A stretch of 63,912 nucleotides of DNA, filler included, from Octopus bimaculoides (lineage: Eukaryota): assembly GCF_001194135.2 (NCBI RefSeq). It is 8 parts of 8 records of this genome, joined end to end, with 100 filler letters (N's around TTAATTAATTAA, not from the genome) between each part and the next. Parts side by side here need not be neighbours in the genome. Positions count along the whole stretch, not along the records: positions 1 to 5,992 come from NC_068988.1; positions 6,093 to 12,995 come from NC_069000.1; positions 13,096 to 22,739 come from NC_068981.1; 5 more parts are not named here. One strand, written 5' to 3'. A program made the position numbers and the translations under genes. The notes below the pieces were generated by a model. That model was given only the letters and a program-made list of their open reading frames with translations, was not told where the DNA came from and ran no database searches. Below, one piece after another: positions 1 to 14,480 of the stretch; the stretch's first letter is position 1, and each line of letters begins with the position of its first letter.

Positions 1-557
1 CCACCTCCTAGATTTCGATTATCTCCCCTATACCGGAAGAAATCCCTAATTACCTCCCCCTATCTAGAACTCTTCTTTCTCAGACTGGAACGAACACGAC
101 ACAATGAAGTAGAGAAATTTGAAAAGACAACACGAAACCGGTTATTTCTCAAAATACAATGTTTATATACCAAAAAGATTTTATAACATTTTTCTAACAT
201 TTTTCTTACATTTTTCTGACATAATTTAAATATATACTTTAACCATGTAACACAAGCCTTCTGTAGTTTTTTCACTCTTATTATCTTTTATATATATATA
301 TATATATTGAGTGTTTGCACGTCTGTGAGCGTACAAACATGTATGTGTGTCTGTATTAGCATTTCTCTATGTCACATCGTGTACTTCCAAACTCTCACTC
401 ATGCAACAGACAAATGCATCAAAGAGTCAGACCAACGAGAAACGAGTAATTCTATAGCAAAGTCAGCCATATTTTTTTTTTTTTTTCTGTTTGGTGCAAT
501 CTATATAACTTACCATTTCCAGGTTCGGTCGTTTGTTATTCCCATCATTACTATTAG

Positions 558-643
558 CATTATTATAAGTATTATTATAAGTATTATCATTATTATTATT
601 GTTATTATTATTATTATTATTATCAACATCATCATCATCATCA

Positions 644-729
<86 letters not shown>
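558..729. repeat. (ATT)n/(ATC)n microsatellite
   Basis: Direct reading; it produces the poly-I, poly-N and poly-L ORFs in the track. Confidence 0.95.
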
Positions 730-730
<1 letters not shown>

Positions 731-1414
731 TCTGTGTTGCTGTTTTTGTTCTTTAATTGGAAAAGCAAAAATGGTCTGCTGGAAGCATTTTCTGCAAATA
801 GCTTTCCTGCTGCAAGTGCAATTTACTATTCCCGTGAGAAATTAGACCAACAGCTAGCAAATTGACTCGGCATATCTCATTTCGCTTCCAGTCTCTATAA
901 TCAAGGCTGGTGGCGTTTTGTTTTTTCTTCACGTACAAGTTTTTCTCTATTAATAGGTATTTAAAGTCGCTAAGTTTGTAAGCATGAACTTTACGTGAAC
1001 ATATATACATATATATATATATATATGTATATATANNNNNNNNNNNNNNNNNNNNNNNNNNNNNNNNNNNNNNNNNNNNNNNNNNNNNNNNNNNNNNNNN
1101 NNNNNNNNNNNNNNNNNNNNNNNNNNNNNNNNNNNNNNNNNNNNNNNNNNNNNNNNNNNNNNNNNNNNNNNNNNNNNNNNNNNNNNNNNNNNNNNNNNNN
1201 NNNNNNNNNNNNNNNNNNNNNNNNNNNNNNNNNNNNNNNNNNNNNNNNNNNNNNNNNNNNNNNNNNNNNNNNNNNNNNNNNNNNNNNNNNNNNNNNNNNN
1301 NNNNNNNNNNNNNNNNNNNNNNNNNNNNNNNNNNNNNNNNNNNNNNNNNNNNNNNNNNNNNNNNNNNNNNNNNNNNNNNNNNNNNNNNNNNNNNNNNNNN
1401 NNNNNNNNNNNNNN

Positions 1415-1476
<62 letters not shown>

Positions 1477-1819
1477 ACTTGATGTTCTTTAAGCCTCGAT
1501 TTCATTTTATCGTCAATTATTTTTCAAGACTAAAATAACGAAAAGAGTTGTGAAGGTGGGAGTTCGGGAGTGACTATTATCTATTTAAAAGTGAAAAGAA
1601 AATGATACATAAGGCAAAATAAATAAATATATAAATAAAGAAGAATATTCTTAAAATTTAATTATCGAACGAGGCATACAAGTACCAGAAATTATATTTG
1701 GCAACAAGGCAACAAGTGACCCACCTGCGTTGATTTGTGTAAGTTTTATAAATAACAGCCATGTTTCTTTTCCTCGATACTCTGCCGCGTGAAGGGCATG
1801 GATGCATGGTAAAAAGGAA

Positions 1820-2040
1820 TGCGCAACATCTCAGGAAAGTGTTTTATATTATAGGCCTCCAGGCCGACCAATACCTTGTGAGTGAACTAGGAAAGAACGA
1901 AATTGTGACGAAGCCCGTCGCATATATAACGCGCGTGTGTGTGCAATTTTTTTGTTTTTGTTTTTGCGCCCCGTCTATAGCTTGACACTCGGTTTATCGT
2001 TTGTTAAATTCGTCGTATCTTACGAGTTAGCCAAATCAAC
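1820..2040 (+). mobile_element. Degenerate tRNA-derived SINE, family A (only plus-strand copy)
   Basis: ggccgaccaataccttgtgagtgaa...gaagcccgtcgcatata and cttgacactcgg match the reverse complement of the copies at 3522 and 41748. Confidence 0.6.
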
Positions 2041-2214
2041 GGTGGTCAGATATTCCTGCACGAAACTTCAAGAACGCAACCACGTATTAAAAATGACAAG
2101 ATTCGCCATTGTTAAAATTTTTTTCTTAGAAATACGATGACATAATGAAACTGACAAGTGTTTGATTCATTAACTGCAAACTCCGAGTATAAAAAGTTTA
2201 CATAGTCTTGTCTT

Positions 2215-2512
2215 TTTCCTTTCTTTTCTTTTTTTTCTGTTTTACTTGTAACATCCATTAGATCGCAGCCATGCTAGGACACTCTACGCCACCACCTTCC
2301 TGAAGAATTTTTAATACAATGAAACAACTTCAGTAAAGTTTTTCTATTAAAGTCTGGTATTTATCTTATCGAGCTTTTTACCGAGCCGCTAAGTTACGGA
2401 GACATGAACACACTAACACCTGTTGTCAAGCTGTGAAGAGTGACAACACGGACCCAAAGACTCGCACTCACACACACACGCACATATAATACATACACAC
2501 GTACACACAAAT

Positions 2513-2573
<61 letters not shown>

Positions 2574-2746
2574 AATACATATATATATAATACGACGAGC
2601 TTCTTTCAGTTTCCTTCTACCAAATCCACTCAAATGACTTTTGTCCGCCCGAGGGTATAGTAGAAGACGCTTTACGTGTCACGCAGCGGGGCTGAACTTG
2701 TAACCGTGCGGTTGGGAAGCAAACTTCTTGCCACACACCCACGCCT
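2215..2746 (-). mobile_element. tRNA-derived SINE, family A
   Basis: ccgctaagttacgg, internal (CA)/(TA) tract, cttctttcagtttcc, tRNA-like head; homologous to 3522 and 41748. Confidence 0.8.
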
Positions 2747-3521
2747 TCTGTACGTTTTATAAAACAAATATTGATCTGAGATTGATCTCAGTGTCGAAAC
2801 CGATTCGATAGTGCCATATTACTTAGTAGGGGAGAAGAGAGCAATTAATGAACAGAGGCAATGAGAAATCATTATTTTTCTTTTCTCACAGTGATGTTCT
2901 AGACAGCTGCAGTAACACCTAACAATGAAATCTATGTAAAGTCTGACTGAAGACCAACCAGCTGCCGTGGGAACCTATGGCTACACCTTTTCATTGTCTC
3001 CACTTTTCTTCATGCTAATTGACGTACTTGGACATATGCCTGGAGTCGTATCACCTGTCAGGCTCCCAGTTTCGTGTTAAACAGTATGTCACGGTATTAA
3101 CTCAGGAAGAAAAACATTCACGGATAGCCCAGCGAAACCAGAATGGATAAAGCCATTTAGCACTTCAGCTGATCATCGAAGACATGCTAATTGTATACAA
3201 ATTCTGCACCCTGATAACTGCTGGACTCGTGGCACTTATTGTACCAGATCAGTGCAATTTTGAATGTGAGAGACCGGGATTAGCTATGCACAAAACATGC
3301 CCAGTAAAATAATAAAACCTCATCACTTTGTTGGATAATTTATTAAGTTGTTTTAAGGCTAAGGAAGTAACGAATCCCCTACAGAAAATCCAGAAGGGGA
3401 GAGCATAAAGCAGATACATACGGTTATACTCAACTAATATCTCTATTGGGGGAGGAGGGGTATGGAGTTCCTGGAAATTCCCCAGGGTGGCGAGGAAAGG
3501 GAGCAGGGGGATGAAGGACTT

Positions 3522-3899
3522 TTATTTGTTTTAGACATTTGACTGCAACCATACTGGAGCACCACCTCTAGTCGAACAAATCGACCCCAGAACTTATTCT
3601 TTATAAGCCTAGTACTTATTCCATTTGCCATTTTTGCCGAACTGCTAAGTTACGGAGACGTAGATTCACCAACATCAGTTGTTAAGCGATAGGAGGGGAA
3701 CAAACACAGACACGCAAGCATATACATAGATATACGACGGGTTTCTTTCAGTTTCCGACTGCAAAATCCATTCACAAGGCTTTGGTCGGCCAGAGGCTAT
3801 AATATAAGACACTTGCTCAAGGTGCCCCGCAGTAGGACTGAACCCGGAACCATGTGGTTGGTAAGCAAACTACTTACCACAGCCACTCCTGAGCCTAGT
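3522..3899 (-). mobile_element. tRNA-derived SINE, family A, full length
   Basis: Minus-strand head with A-box (TGGCTGTGG) and B-box (GGTTCAGTCC); body colinear with 41748-42168. Confidence 0.9.
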
Positions 3900-4254
3900 A
3901 TGTATATCTCTGCATCATTTTTCCCTGAAAACAGATAGGTCTTTGTAAATGCAATGCATATTGCTTGATTGTAGGCAGAGAGATCCCTCAGCGCTGCGTT
4001 ACCTTTTGACTTGTAAGAGGCCTTTGATATTCGTCAATAGAATTTGCTTTTGATGATTGTCATGGCAGTAAGAGTGTCCAGTAAATAAATCACCTAACAC
4101 ATTAACTGTCCACCTGGTGGTCTCCTTTATATATACATATACAATAATCCTTTGAGATCTCAGATATTTTTCTGAATCTCCTTGATTCTTTCAATGAGCT
4201 CGTTCCCTGGTATTAAATTGATATTAATTAATATCCAATTTTTTACCCTACTGC

Positions 4255-4329
<75 letters not shown>

Positions 4330-5286
4330 TAGATAGATAGACACATATATACATGCATATATGCATACATATATATCTATATAATCTATCTATGTTTTTA
4401 TGTCTGCGCGTGTGTGTATGTATGTATGTATATATGTATGCATGTATGTATGCATGCATGTATATCAGGCTCTTCTTCCCTTCTTCCTTTCTTTCCCACT
4501 CATTTTCATTTTCCCCCACTTATCTCCATTCATCTAAGTCTTTCTCTAACATACTCTCTCTCTCTCTCACACACACACTCTCTCAGTCTCACTATCTCTC
4601 ACTATCCATCACTTTCTGCCCCTCTTTCATTCTCTCATTCTCTCAGCCTCACTTATCACGTTTCTCTACTTCTTATCCAGTTACATTGCGAATCTTACTC
4701 TTCCATTACAACCACCAAACATCTCTTTTCCCCCCCCCCCTCTCTCTCTCTCTATCTCTCTTCCTCTTCCTCTCCGTCTTCCTCTTCCTCTCCGTCTTCC
4801 TCTCTCACTAAATACCCTCTTCCCACAACTCCACTATTCTACCCTCATTCCATATCAACCTCACCATTTGTTTGATTGCAAAACAATTACTAGAATCTTT
4901 CGAAGAAGTCTTTACCATTTCTCAATGCTATTTTCTGCCAGACATAAATTTCCAAGATCTGGTTTCAAAGAATATTTTTTGCTTTATTCTTTTATATTTT
5001 TTTCCTTCTGCATTTAACATCATTCTATTTTTGATATTATTTTATTTTACATTTGTTATTTCTTACTTAATTTCTTTTTTTATTTTGTACTCTATGTTTT
5101 TGTCTTTTTCTGTACAACTCTCTCTTTTTATACAAATAATGCGCATATACATATATATCTACACACACACACACATATATATATATACATATATAGATAT
5201 GTATGTATATGTATGTATACAGATATATATGTATATATATACATATATATACATACACATATATATAGATAGATAATATATGTGTC

Positions 5287-5362
<76 letters not shown>

Positions 5363-5689
5363 NNNNNNNNNNNNNNNNNNNNNNNNNNNNNNNNNNNNNN
5401 NNNNNNNNNNNNNNNNNNNNNNNNNNNNNNNNNNNNNNNNNNNNNNNNNNNNNNNNNNNNNNNNNNNNNNNNNNNNNNNNNNNNNNNNNNNNNNNNNNNN
5501 NNNNNNNNNNNNNNNNNNNNNNNNNNNNNNNNNNNNNNNNNNNNNNNNNNNNNNNNNNNNNNNNNNNNNNNNNNNNNNNNNNNNNNNNNNNNNNNNNNNN
5601 NNNNNNNNNNNNNNNNNNNNNNNNNNNNNNNNNNNNNNNNNNNNNNNNNNNNNNNNNNNNNNNNNNNNNNNNNNNNNNNNNNNNNNNNN

Positions 5690-5766
<77 letters not shown>

Positions 5767-5953
5767 ATAGTGTGTGTGTGCGTGTAGGAGAAGTAAGGAT
5801 AACACACAAGGTTATATTATATTTCCTACGCGCATTTTATCATTATTGTTGTTCGGAACCCTGCAATAGGTGTTCCAAGAATATTTAGATGCTCAATGAC
5901 AACGGATCATCAGAAAACACTTTATTGCATTAAGTTACAGAGGACTATATCCC

Positions 5954-5992
<39 letters not shown>

Positions 5993-6414
5993 NNNNNNNN
6001 NNNNNNNNNNNNNNNNNNNNNNNNNNNNNNNNNNNNTTAATTAATTAANNNNNNNNNNNNNNNNNNNNNNNNNNNNNNNNNNNNNNNNNNNNATATATAT
6101 ATATATATTCATATATACATATTCATATATACATATATTATATATATGTATATATTGATATATATTTATTTATATACATAAATTTATGGATGTATGTGTG
6201 TATGTAAGGGTGTGTTTCTATATGAATATGTGTATGCCTCTATTGATGTTATGTACGTAGGTAAGTGTCTGTTTGTGTGAACGTATGTATTGTATGGCAC
6301 GTATAGTATTTAATAACGCTATTTTGAAGAAATAGATATTTCGAAAGAAGTTACGTTTATTCATACACACACATACCTACATACATAAATACACACGTAC
6401 CTACATACATAAAC

Positions 6415-6446
<32 letters not shown>

Positions 6447-6457
6447 GACTATATGTG

Positions 6458-6552
<95 letters not shown>

Positions 6553-8707
6553 NNNNNNNNNNNNNNNNNNNNNNNNNNNNNNNNNNNNNNNNNNNNNNNN
6601 NNNNNNNNNNNNNNNNNNNNNNNNNNNNNNNNNNNNNNNNNNNNNNNNNNNNNNNNNNNNNNNNNNNNNNNNNNNNNNNNNNNNNNNNNNNNNNNNNNNN
6701 NNNNNNNNNNNNNNNNNNNNNNNNNNNNNNNNNNNNNNNNNNNNNNNNNNNNNNNNNNNNNNNNNNNNNNNNNNNNNNNNNNNNNNNNNNNNNNNNNNNN
6801 NNNNNNNNNNNNNNNNNNNNNNNNNNNNNNNNNNNNNNNNNNNNNNNNNNNNNNNNNNNNNNNNNNNNNNNNNNNNNNNNNNNNNNNNNNNNNNNNNNNN
6901 NNNNNNNNNNNNNNNNNNNNNNNNNNNNNNNNNNNNNNNNNNNNNNNNNNNNNNNNNNNNNNNNNNNNNNNNNNNNNNNNNNNNNNNNNNNNNNNNNNNN
7001 NNNNNNNNNNNNNNNNNNNNNNNNNNNNNNNNNNNNNNNNNNNNNNNNNNNNNNNNNNNNNNNNNNNNNNNNNNNNNNNCACTATTGAACTTTGAATTCT
7101 ATAAGACGTGATGATTTAGCAAGGGATTTTTTTACGGTTGAGTTTAGATGATCAAAGGCTGGCCCTACTGCTGTTTTCACACCCTTTGTAGAATTTATAC
7201 TTAGAAAGAATAACTGTTCCAAACGGTTGGAATAGTGTGAATTTTTTAATCTTTTCATTTGGGAAGAAGGCATTGGCCATCAGTTTATACAAGGAGGCAG
7301 GATGGTATTTTCAAACAGAAGACCCAGTCTAAATTCTTGTAAGGCAGAGTGCACTCCACTAAAGTACCGAAAATGTTGTGTGAACTGTATGCATGCATGT
7401 ATGTATGTATGTATGTATGTATGTATGTATGTATGTATGTATGTATGTACAGTAGTGTTTATATGCCAACAGAGCGTGGCAGTGCTGTAAAGGACGATAT
7501 TACTGCTGTTATAGCCCCAGGAAAACATCTCTTCGAGCTGGCTGTCGACCCAGAGTCTGTGTCCGTATAGCATTCGCAAGGGAGGTCATCGCTCCCATCT
7601 CTAGCCATACGTGATACTCACAGACCCGGGTTTCTAGGTTGTTAGCTGTCCTGAGTGTGAGATTTCCACATGCTAGTGATATATCAATATAAGATAACAG
7701 GTTCGAATTGTAGTGAGACCATTAGCTTCAACCAAAGCGTAGAACATATGAAACAAATCCTTTAGGAACAATAGTGGTCTATTGAGAAGTAAGGTTGTGG
7801 ATTCTCCACTTCAGAATACAAGTTACTAAGTTATCAAGAAGACTCTGCACACACACGAACACATACGCATATACATACACCCGTAACTACATACATACGT
7901 ACATGCCTAAATACATGCGTTCCTGCAAACATACATATATACATAGTTTAGTTGTAAATAAATACTTCGTTATGCGTATATAACTTTCATCGATTGCATG
8001 ACGGTGAAGTATGTAAACATGGACGAGAAATCTAATAAACCGGTGTTTTCGAACTAAAATATCGCTTTTTATTTGTTCCGCCCGAGTTTACAGGAACACT
8101 GCCTTATCACCCACGCCATCATAAAATTTTGAGAAACAGTGATTGACTCCTTGCGAAACATGTAACGAAAAGCTTTATTGTTCTCAAAAATATGGTATAA
8201 AATGAAATAAAATTTCCTGTAAATCCATACATTCATGCACTCTCTCAATTTCTTCATTTGTCTGCATTTATAGACGGAAAGAGAAAGAGACAATATCGTC
8301 AGAGATGGTTTGATCGTTTCATGGATCGATAGACAGATAGATAAATATAATTTATGTTCCTATTTGATACGAAATATCGGAAAAGACATTTTGTAAAATA
8401 TGCGTAAATTCTTAACGACCTGATCTTCATTTTTATGACATGGAGTTATATTTTTACGACTTGTTTCACTTCTACTAACGCTAGTCTTCTTTCTAAGACA
8501 AAGACTTCTACAAATCGCTGTCTATTATTAGTAGTATTTTCGTTTTTGCTCTGTGTTACTTGGAATGTTATTAATTATATGAGTTTTCCCATCGGATATA
8601 TAAAACTGAAAAAAGAATTTTACATGAAAACTATAATAGTTTTTCATATTCTAAAACTCCGAGTTTAGTACAAAAATCAATTGAATTTTCTATATGCACA
8701 AACATGC

Positions 8708-8761
<54 letters not shown>

Positions 8762-8894
8762 ACAGTCATGTACACAGAGCTACAAACGCATACACATTTA
8801 AAGGTATATGTGTACGCGATTGAGCGGGTGTGTAATAATTCACACATTCACACATTCACTCACACATATGTGTGATAAATTATTCTTGCTAAGT

Positions 8895-9290
8895 TAGGTC
8901 TTAATTGCACACAAACGCATTTATACGGGAGAAATACCATTTCAATGTGGTATTTGCAGTAATGGATTCCCTGTATTGAAGTTAGCTAAACTATTAAAAC
9001 TGAAGAGAATCCGTATCACTGATGTCTGCGGTAAATCATTTTCTCAAATATATAGATTAACTAGACACAAGTATCTTCGCATAAGAAGGAAGCCATATTG
9101 CTGTTAGATCTAGAGTAAAACATTGTATGTAAGAAGTAACTTAACTACTTACAAACGTGTTCATACAGGAGACAAGCCGTACCGCTGAGATATATATGAT
9201 AAAACAATCTTTCTATAAAGTGACTTTACTATACAGACGTATTCACACACGAGACAAGCCATATCGTGGAGATATAGGTGGTCAACTATA
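8895..9290 (+). pseudogene. Decayed tandem C2H2 zinc-finger array (about 4 complete and 2 partial fingers)
   Basis: Translates as LIAHKRIYTGEIPFQCGICSNGF / TEENPYH-DVCGKSFSQIYRLTRHK / KPYCC*I*SKT..SNLTTYKRVHTGDKPYR*DIYDKT / RIHTRDKPYRGDIGG; TGEKP-like linkers at finger spacing, with stops and frameshifts. Confidence 0.8.
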
Positions 9291-9659
9291 CCGTTAAATT
9301 TATGAAATATCTGTGAACCTAATATAAATATCAAGACGTTACCTGAGGAAGCAATCAGCCAAAAAGAAGTCAACCTGCTTTCGTATATATAAAGTTTCAA
9401 TATATACAGTTGGCGTTTAAAAAGTCTACGTTAGATTTTGCGGATGTAAAAATGTGTTGAAGATTAGTTTATGGAATTGATAACTCGGGCTATCAATAAA
9501 TGGGATATGTATGTGTGTGAGTCAGTATGTGTGTGTGTGTGTATGTGTGTGTGTGTGTGTGTGTGTGAGTGTGTGTATGTGTGTGTATGTGTCAGTGTGT
9601 GTATGTGTGTATATGTTTTATTTTTTCTTTGATGTTCTGTCTTTCAACCTGCTGCCACT

Positions 9660-9900
9660 TTGGAGAGTTTTTCAATCTGCGCCCATGCTTGGGCACCACC
9701 TTGAAGAGTTTTTTCTTCGTCGAACAAACCGATCCCAGGACTTAATTTTTGTGAAGCCTCGTATTTATTCTATCGGTCATTTATGTCGAACCGCTAAGGT
9801 ACGGCGACATAAGCACACGAACACCAGTTGTCAAGCGGCAATGATGTGACAAACATAGATGCAAGTTCACACACACAAACACACACAATATATACACGGA
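9660..9900 (-). mobile_element. SINE family A, 3' half
   Basis: gtcgaacaaaccgatcccaggactta...gaaccgctaaggtacgg homologous to other copies. Confidence 0.7.
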
Positions 9901-10035
9901 CGTGGTGCACGACCTGTTGGTCAAGGTGCTGCACTCTCGATCGCGATTATGTTGGTTTCAATCTCTGGTCCTGGTGGTCTATTGTGTTCTTGAGCAAAAT
10001 ACTTCATCTGACGTTACTCTGGATCACTTCGGTAC
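9900..10035 (+). mobile_element. tRNA-headed SINE of a third family (D), 5' part
   Basis: tRNA-like head followed by ttgtgttcttgagcaaaatacttcat, shared with 33335-33460. Confidence 0.5.
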
Positions 10036-11890
10036 GTGAGGTGTGACACAACGGGCACCTGATCAGGCAGTGTATCAGGCAACATACTTCAGGAAACTTC
10101 AACTCCATAGAGAGAGAGAGAGAGTGAACTAATTTACATAACATGCATATGATCACTATAACCAAATGATTTGTGTAAACACATTTCAAATTTAATCAAT
10201 AAAATTCTTCCATACTATCTTTTCATCAGAACCTACCTAATTATCATTTTGCAGCGCTCCAACTGCTCCAGGAAAAGTAAACTTAGAAGAGACTATATAA
10301 AGCCAAGACGAACTTAAATTTACCATATTCCGATGGAGGCTAAGCACGCCGAAATTAGAAGTCACTGCCGAAACTATTTTTCTTGAGCTATTATTATATT
10401 ATACACACACATATATAAAGATGTGCAATTGTTGTGTTGTAGTTGAACGAGTTAATTGCCGTACATAATCACAAATAATTTATCTGCTCACTAATGCTAA
10501 TATACGAAATAAATAACAGAAATTCTTGATCTTCCGGTGACTGTACGTATCCATCAACCGGTCATGAGCTTTATTGATTTCCTTCTGGAATGGTAATGTT
10601 TGGGAAGCAATTATATCGACACAAGCTATTATTTCTCAACATTCCAGACAGATAAAAATAATCGACCACGACAGGATTTAAAACTCAGATGTTTAATTAA
10701 TTAAAGCCATGCATTATACCTACTTTTCTAACGGTTCGCTTTAATCCACAGTTAATTCTTTAGATTAAGAACCATAAAACTAGATTTCTGAGTCATTTCT
10801 TGCAACCGTTGCTTTTGTTGTTGTCATTAGTGATGGTTATGTTCTTAGCAAACCTTAATTCAGGACTTATCATAGAGAGGACAAAGATCAATTTACCTGA
10901 CAATGCTGTTTGCTTTTAATATTCTTGTATTCAGACACAGAAAGACATTAAGCTGTATACGATGGTGTGGCTCCAGCTAGAAGTACATGAGTTTTAAGGT
11001 GTATAAATTTAGCCATTAGCTACCACTGCACACAAATCTGCTTTGACCTAGTGTAATAATACCTGTTGAGGCCTCACTTGAGGAAAATAACCGAGGATGG
11101 TCTTGAGACCGAGGCAAAAATCAGCGGAGGGCTGGCCACTAGTCAAGCGACACAAAGGTCCGCTGTTATATGGACATGCACTATTACCACAGGGAACGGT
11201 TCCTCTGCCAAGAATTCTGTACATCAAGGCCACGATGTAGATAGACCGCCAAAAAAGCAACAGCAAACCACTGCTACTTTTCTCGTGATTCTTCAGTTTT
11301 GGAATAGAGATCAATGGTGGCCTATTCCTTTATATATTAGCCGTGAACTGAGAGAGAGTAAGATGAAGTGGAGGAAGAGGAGAAAGATGAGGAGAAACAA
11401 GATAAAGGGGAAATGCGTGTATAGAATGTTTTCGTCCTTAAAACTGGAAGGTGTGTTAATTGAGGACAGCATTCTGCTGTTTCTAATAGATATAGATCGG
11501 AAGAGCACGTAGACACTTACTGGTAGTGGCGTTCACAAGTGTGTTTTTACAGCTCTAACGCCTCCTTAATGCGCTTGCAATTCACCTTCCATTTTATCAA
11601 GCTTTAATATTAACGTAGATTTCTGTCTGCCAACAGCAAGAGAATCACAACAAATGCAACAAGCTTAAAAAAAAGAAAATAAAGGAACAAACGGACGAAG
11701 AAGCTGATATTGATATGTGAAATAGGCAGCTGAATTCTATTAAATTATATCGCTACATTCTCATAACACACTTTGCAAATTCCCACTTTGGCAAATGTAT
11801 CGAAATTGCCATAGAAATAAAGAGAATACTGGAGATTAGAACTGTTAGGGTTTTAGTAGCATATGTGAGGATGTATGCCTATTTGTCTGA

Positions 11891-11975
<85 letters not shown>

Positions 11976-11976
11976 C

Positions 11977-12060
<84 letters not shown>
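11891..12060. repeat. (CTAT)n microsatellite, 170 bp
   Basis: Direct reading. Confidence 0.97.
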
Positions 12061-12100
12061 GACTCTATCGATATGTATATATGCATATACATATACATAC

Positions 12101-12135
<35 letters not shown>

Positions 12136-12152
12136 TGTATATATATATTTAT

Positions 12153-12203
<51 letters not shown>

Positions 12204-13717
12204 CATATATGTATGTATATGTATATGCATATATACATATATATATATGTATATATATATACACATATATATATGTATACATTTATATACACGCACATNN
12301 NNNNNNNNNNNNNNNNNNNNNNNNNNNNNNNNNNNNNNNNNNNNNNNNNNNNNNNNNNNNNNNNNNNNNNNNNNNNNNNNNNNNNNNNNNNNNNNNNNNN
12401 NNNNNNNNNNNNNNNNNNNNNNNNNNNNNNNNNNNNNNNNNNNNNNNNNNNNNNNNNNNNNNNNNNNNNNNNNNNNNNNNNNNNNNNNNNNNNNNNNNNN
12501 NNNNNNNNNNNNNNNNNNNNNNNNNNNNNNNNNNNNNNNNNNNNNNNNNNNNNNNNNNNNNNNNNNNNNNNNNNNNNNNNNNNNNNNNNNNNNNNNNNNN
12601 NNNNNNNNNNNNNNNNNNNNNNNNNNNNNNNNNNNNNNNNNNNNNNNNNNNNNNNNNNNNNNNNNNNNNNNNNNNNNNNNNNNNNNNNNNNNNNNNNNNN
12701 NNNNNNNNNNNNNNNNNNNNNNNNNNNNNNNNNNNNNNNNNNNNNNNNNNNNNNNNNNNNNNNNNNNATATATATAATGAAACGTCCATAAAGCATCAAT
12801 AAAAATGTAAATATTCCATGCATGTTTCGTAATATTCGATATTCAATATTCAATATTCAGAAATTCGTTTGAAGTTGGTCATAGTTGTTTTGAAATATAG
12901 AATGAGTGTGTGTGTGTACATATATAGACATACACACGCACACACACGCACATGCATAGATATTATCAACATGTACACATAAATATATTATATATNNNNN
13001 NNNNNNNNNNNNNNNNNNNNNNNNNNNNNNNNNNNNNNNTTAATTAATTAANNNNNNNNNNNNNNNNNNNNNNNNNNNNNNNNNNNNNNNNNNNNAGAAT
13101 GCTGGTGATCTTGACGTATGTAGTGTGAAAATGGGGAAGGGAGAAAGTAGTTGGTCAGTTGTAGTGTGTGCGTGGTGTGATGCGAGGGTATTGGTGTAGT
13201 GTGATGTGAGGGTGTTTGGGGGTGGAGAAGGCATGGGTGGAGTGTGGGTTAGGCTGAGGGTGGGGTAGAGGTAGTGGTCTGTGGGTAGGGTGGGGTATGN
13301 NNNNNNNNNNNNNNNNNNNNNNNNNNNNNNNNNNNNNNNNNNNNNNNNNNNNNNNNNNNNNNNNNNNNNNNNNNNNNNNNNNNNNNNNNNNNNNNNNNNN
13401 NNNNNNNNNNNNNNNNNNNNNNNNNNNNNNNNNNNNNNNNNNNNNNNNNNNNNNNNNNNNNNNNNNNNNNNNNNNNNNNNNNNNNNNNNNNNNNNNNNNN
13501 NNNNNNNNNNNNNNNNNNNNNNNNNNNNNNNNNNNNNNNNNNNNNNNNNNNNNNNNNNNNNNNNNNNNNNNNNNNNNNNNNNNNNNNNNNNNNNNNNNNN
13601 NNNNNNNNNNNNNNNNNNNNNNNNNNNNNNNNNNNNNNNNNNNNNNNNNNNNNNNNNNNNNNNNNNNNNNNNNNNNNNNNNNNNNNNNNNNNNNNNNNNN
13701 NNNNNNNNNNNNNNNNN

Positions 13718-13798
<81 letters not shown>

Positions 13799-13934
13799 GA
13801 CACACGCATTTTGACCATCCCACTTATTCTTTGTATTTGACATTTTGTTTTCTTTAGCTACCACATCCCGAATTTACTGCAGGGTAGCACTAGACAGATA
13901 TACATGGTATCCATTCAAGTCTTCGGTGTCATAA

Positions 13935-14480
13935 GCGCAGCACTCAAGAAGATCGAGTGATATAATGGGGGAGAGTACCCAAAAGTGGAAAAGCGCGGAA
14001 ATATTTACTTCCAGGAGGAGAGAAAAGGACATAAGGTCAGTCCTTCAAATAAAGTATACGAAACAGATGAAAAAAGGGATACTAGGATACTGGAAGTTGG
14101 CCACGGATTTGGAAAGACTGCTATATTTCCACTCATAAAAACAAAAAAAGTCCGGAATTGATTATAAGGAACACACGATGGAAAATTGGAATTTGTGACG
14201 ATGCTATTGGAAGAGAACATCGCTAATGCAGTGCAGCGGAAGGGGAAGAGGTTTAGAAGATTAATCAGAGGGTGCAGAGAACACGGATGGACTGTCGATT
14301 ATTACCTTCTAGCAGTGAGGGCTAGGGGCTTCGTTGGGAGGAAAATGGCAACGTTATTTAAAACAAGCTTTGCATTTTCGAGCTCAGAGCTGAGAAATAT
14401 AATAAGGAGGATACAGAAAGTAGTCGACAAAGCCAGCGTCTATATGGCTGAAACGAGAAGACACAAAATTGCTTGAAAGC
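13935..14480 (+). mobile_element. Decayed C-terminus of a Hero-like non-LTR retrotransposon (restriction-like endonuclease); 3' UTR may extend to about 15100
   Basis: Across frameshifts: KGILGYWKLATDL...SPELII...EFVTMLLEENIANAVQRKGKRF...CREHGW...AVRARGFVG, resembling the DW.L.VDL / RPDIV / ELTVPWEE / RK..KY / EVG.RGF pattern of Hero-type elements. Confidence 0.6.

Noticed and set aside
3840-3899. tRNA genes at SINE heads (also 42100, 54420, 61080)
   Set aside because: A and B boxes are present but no complete cloverleaf, and each continues into a SINE body.
6037-6048. TTAATTAATTAA islands inside N runs (also 13041, 22785, 30303, 56086, 58459, 62764)
   Set aside because: Identical palindromic 12-mer with stops in all six frames, centred in 100-nt gaps: a scaffolding spacer, not biology.
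9340-9385. Other CTGAnGA cores (9345, 33278, 36352, 53398, 55244) and GAAAC relics (47085 minus, 50330)
   Set aside because: Missing GAAA, cleavage triplet or closing stems; some may be old relics but cannot be supported.
13235-13299. G-rich tract with quadruplex potential
   Set aside because: Low-complexity sequence between two gaps, no context to support a role.
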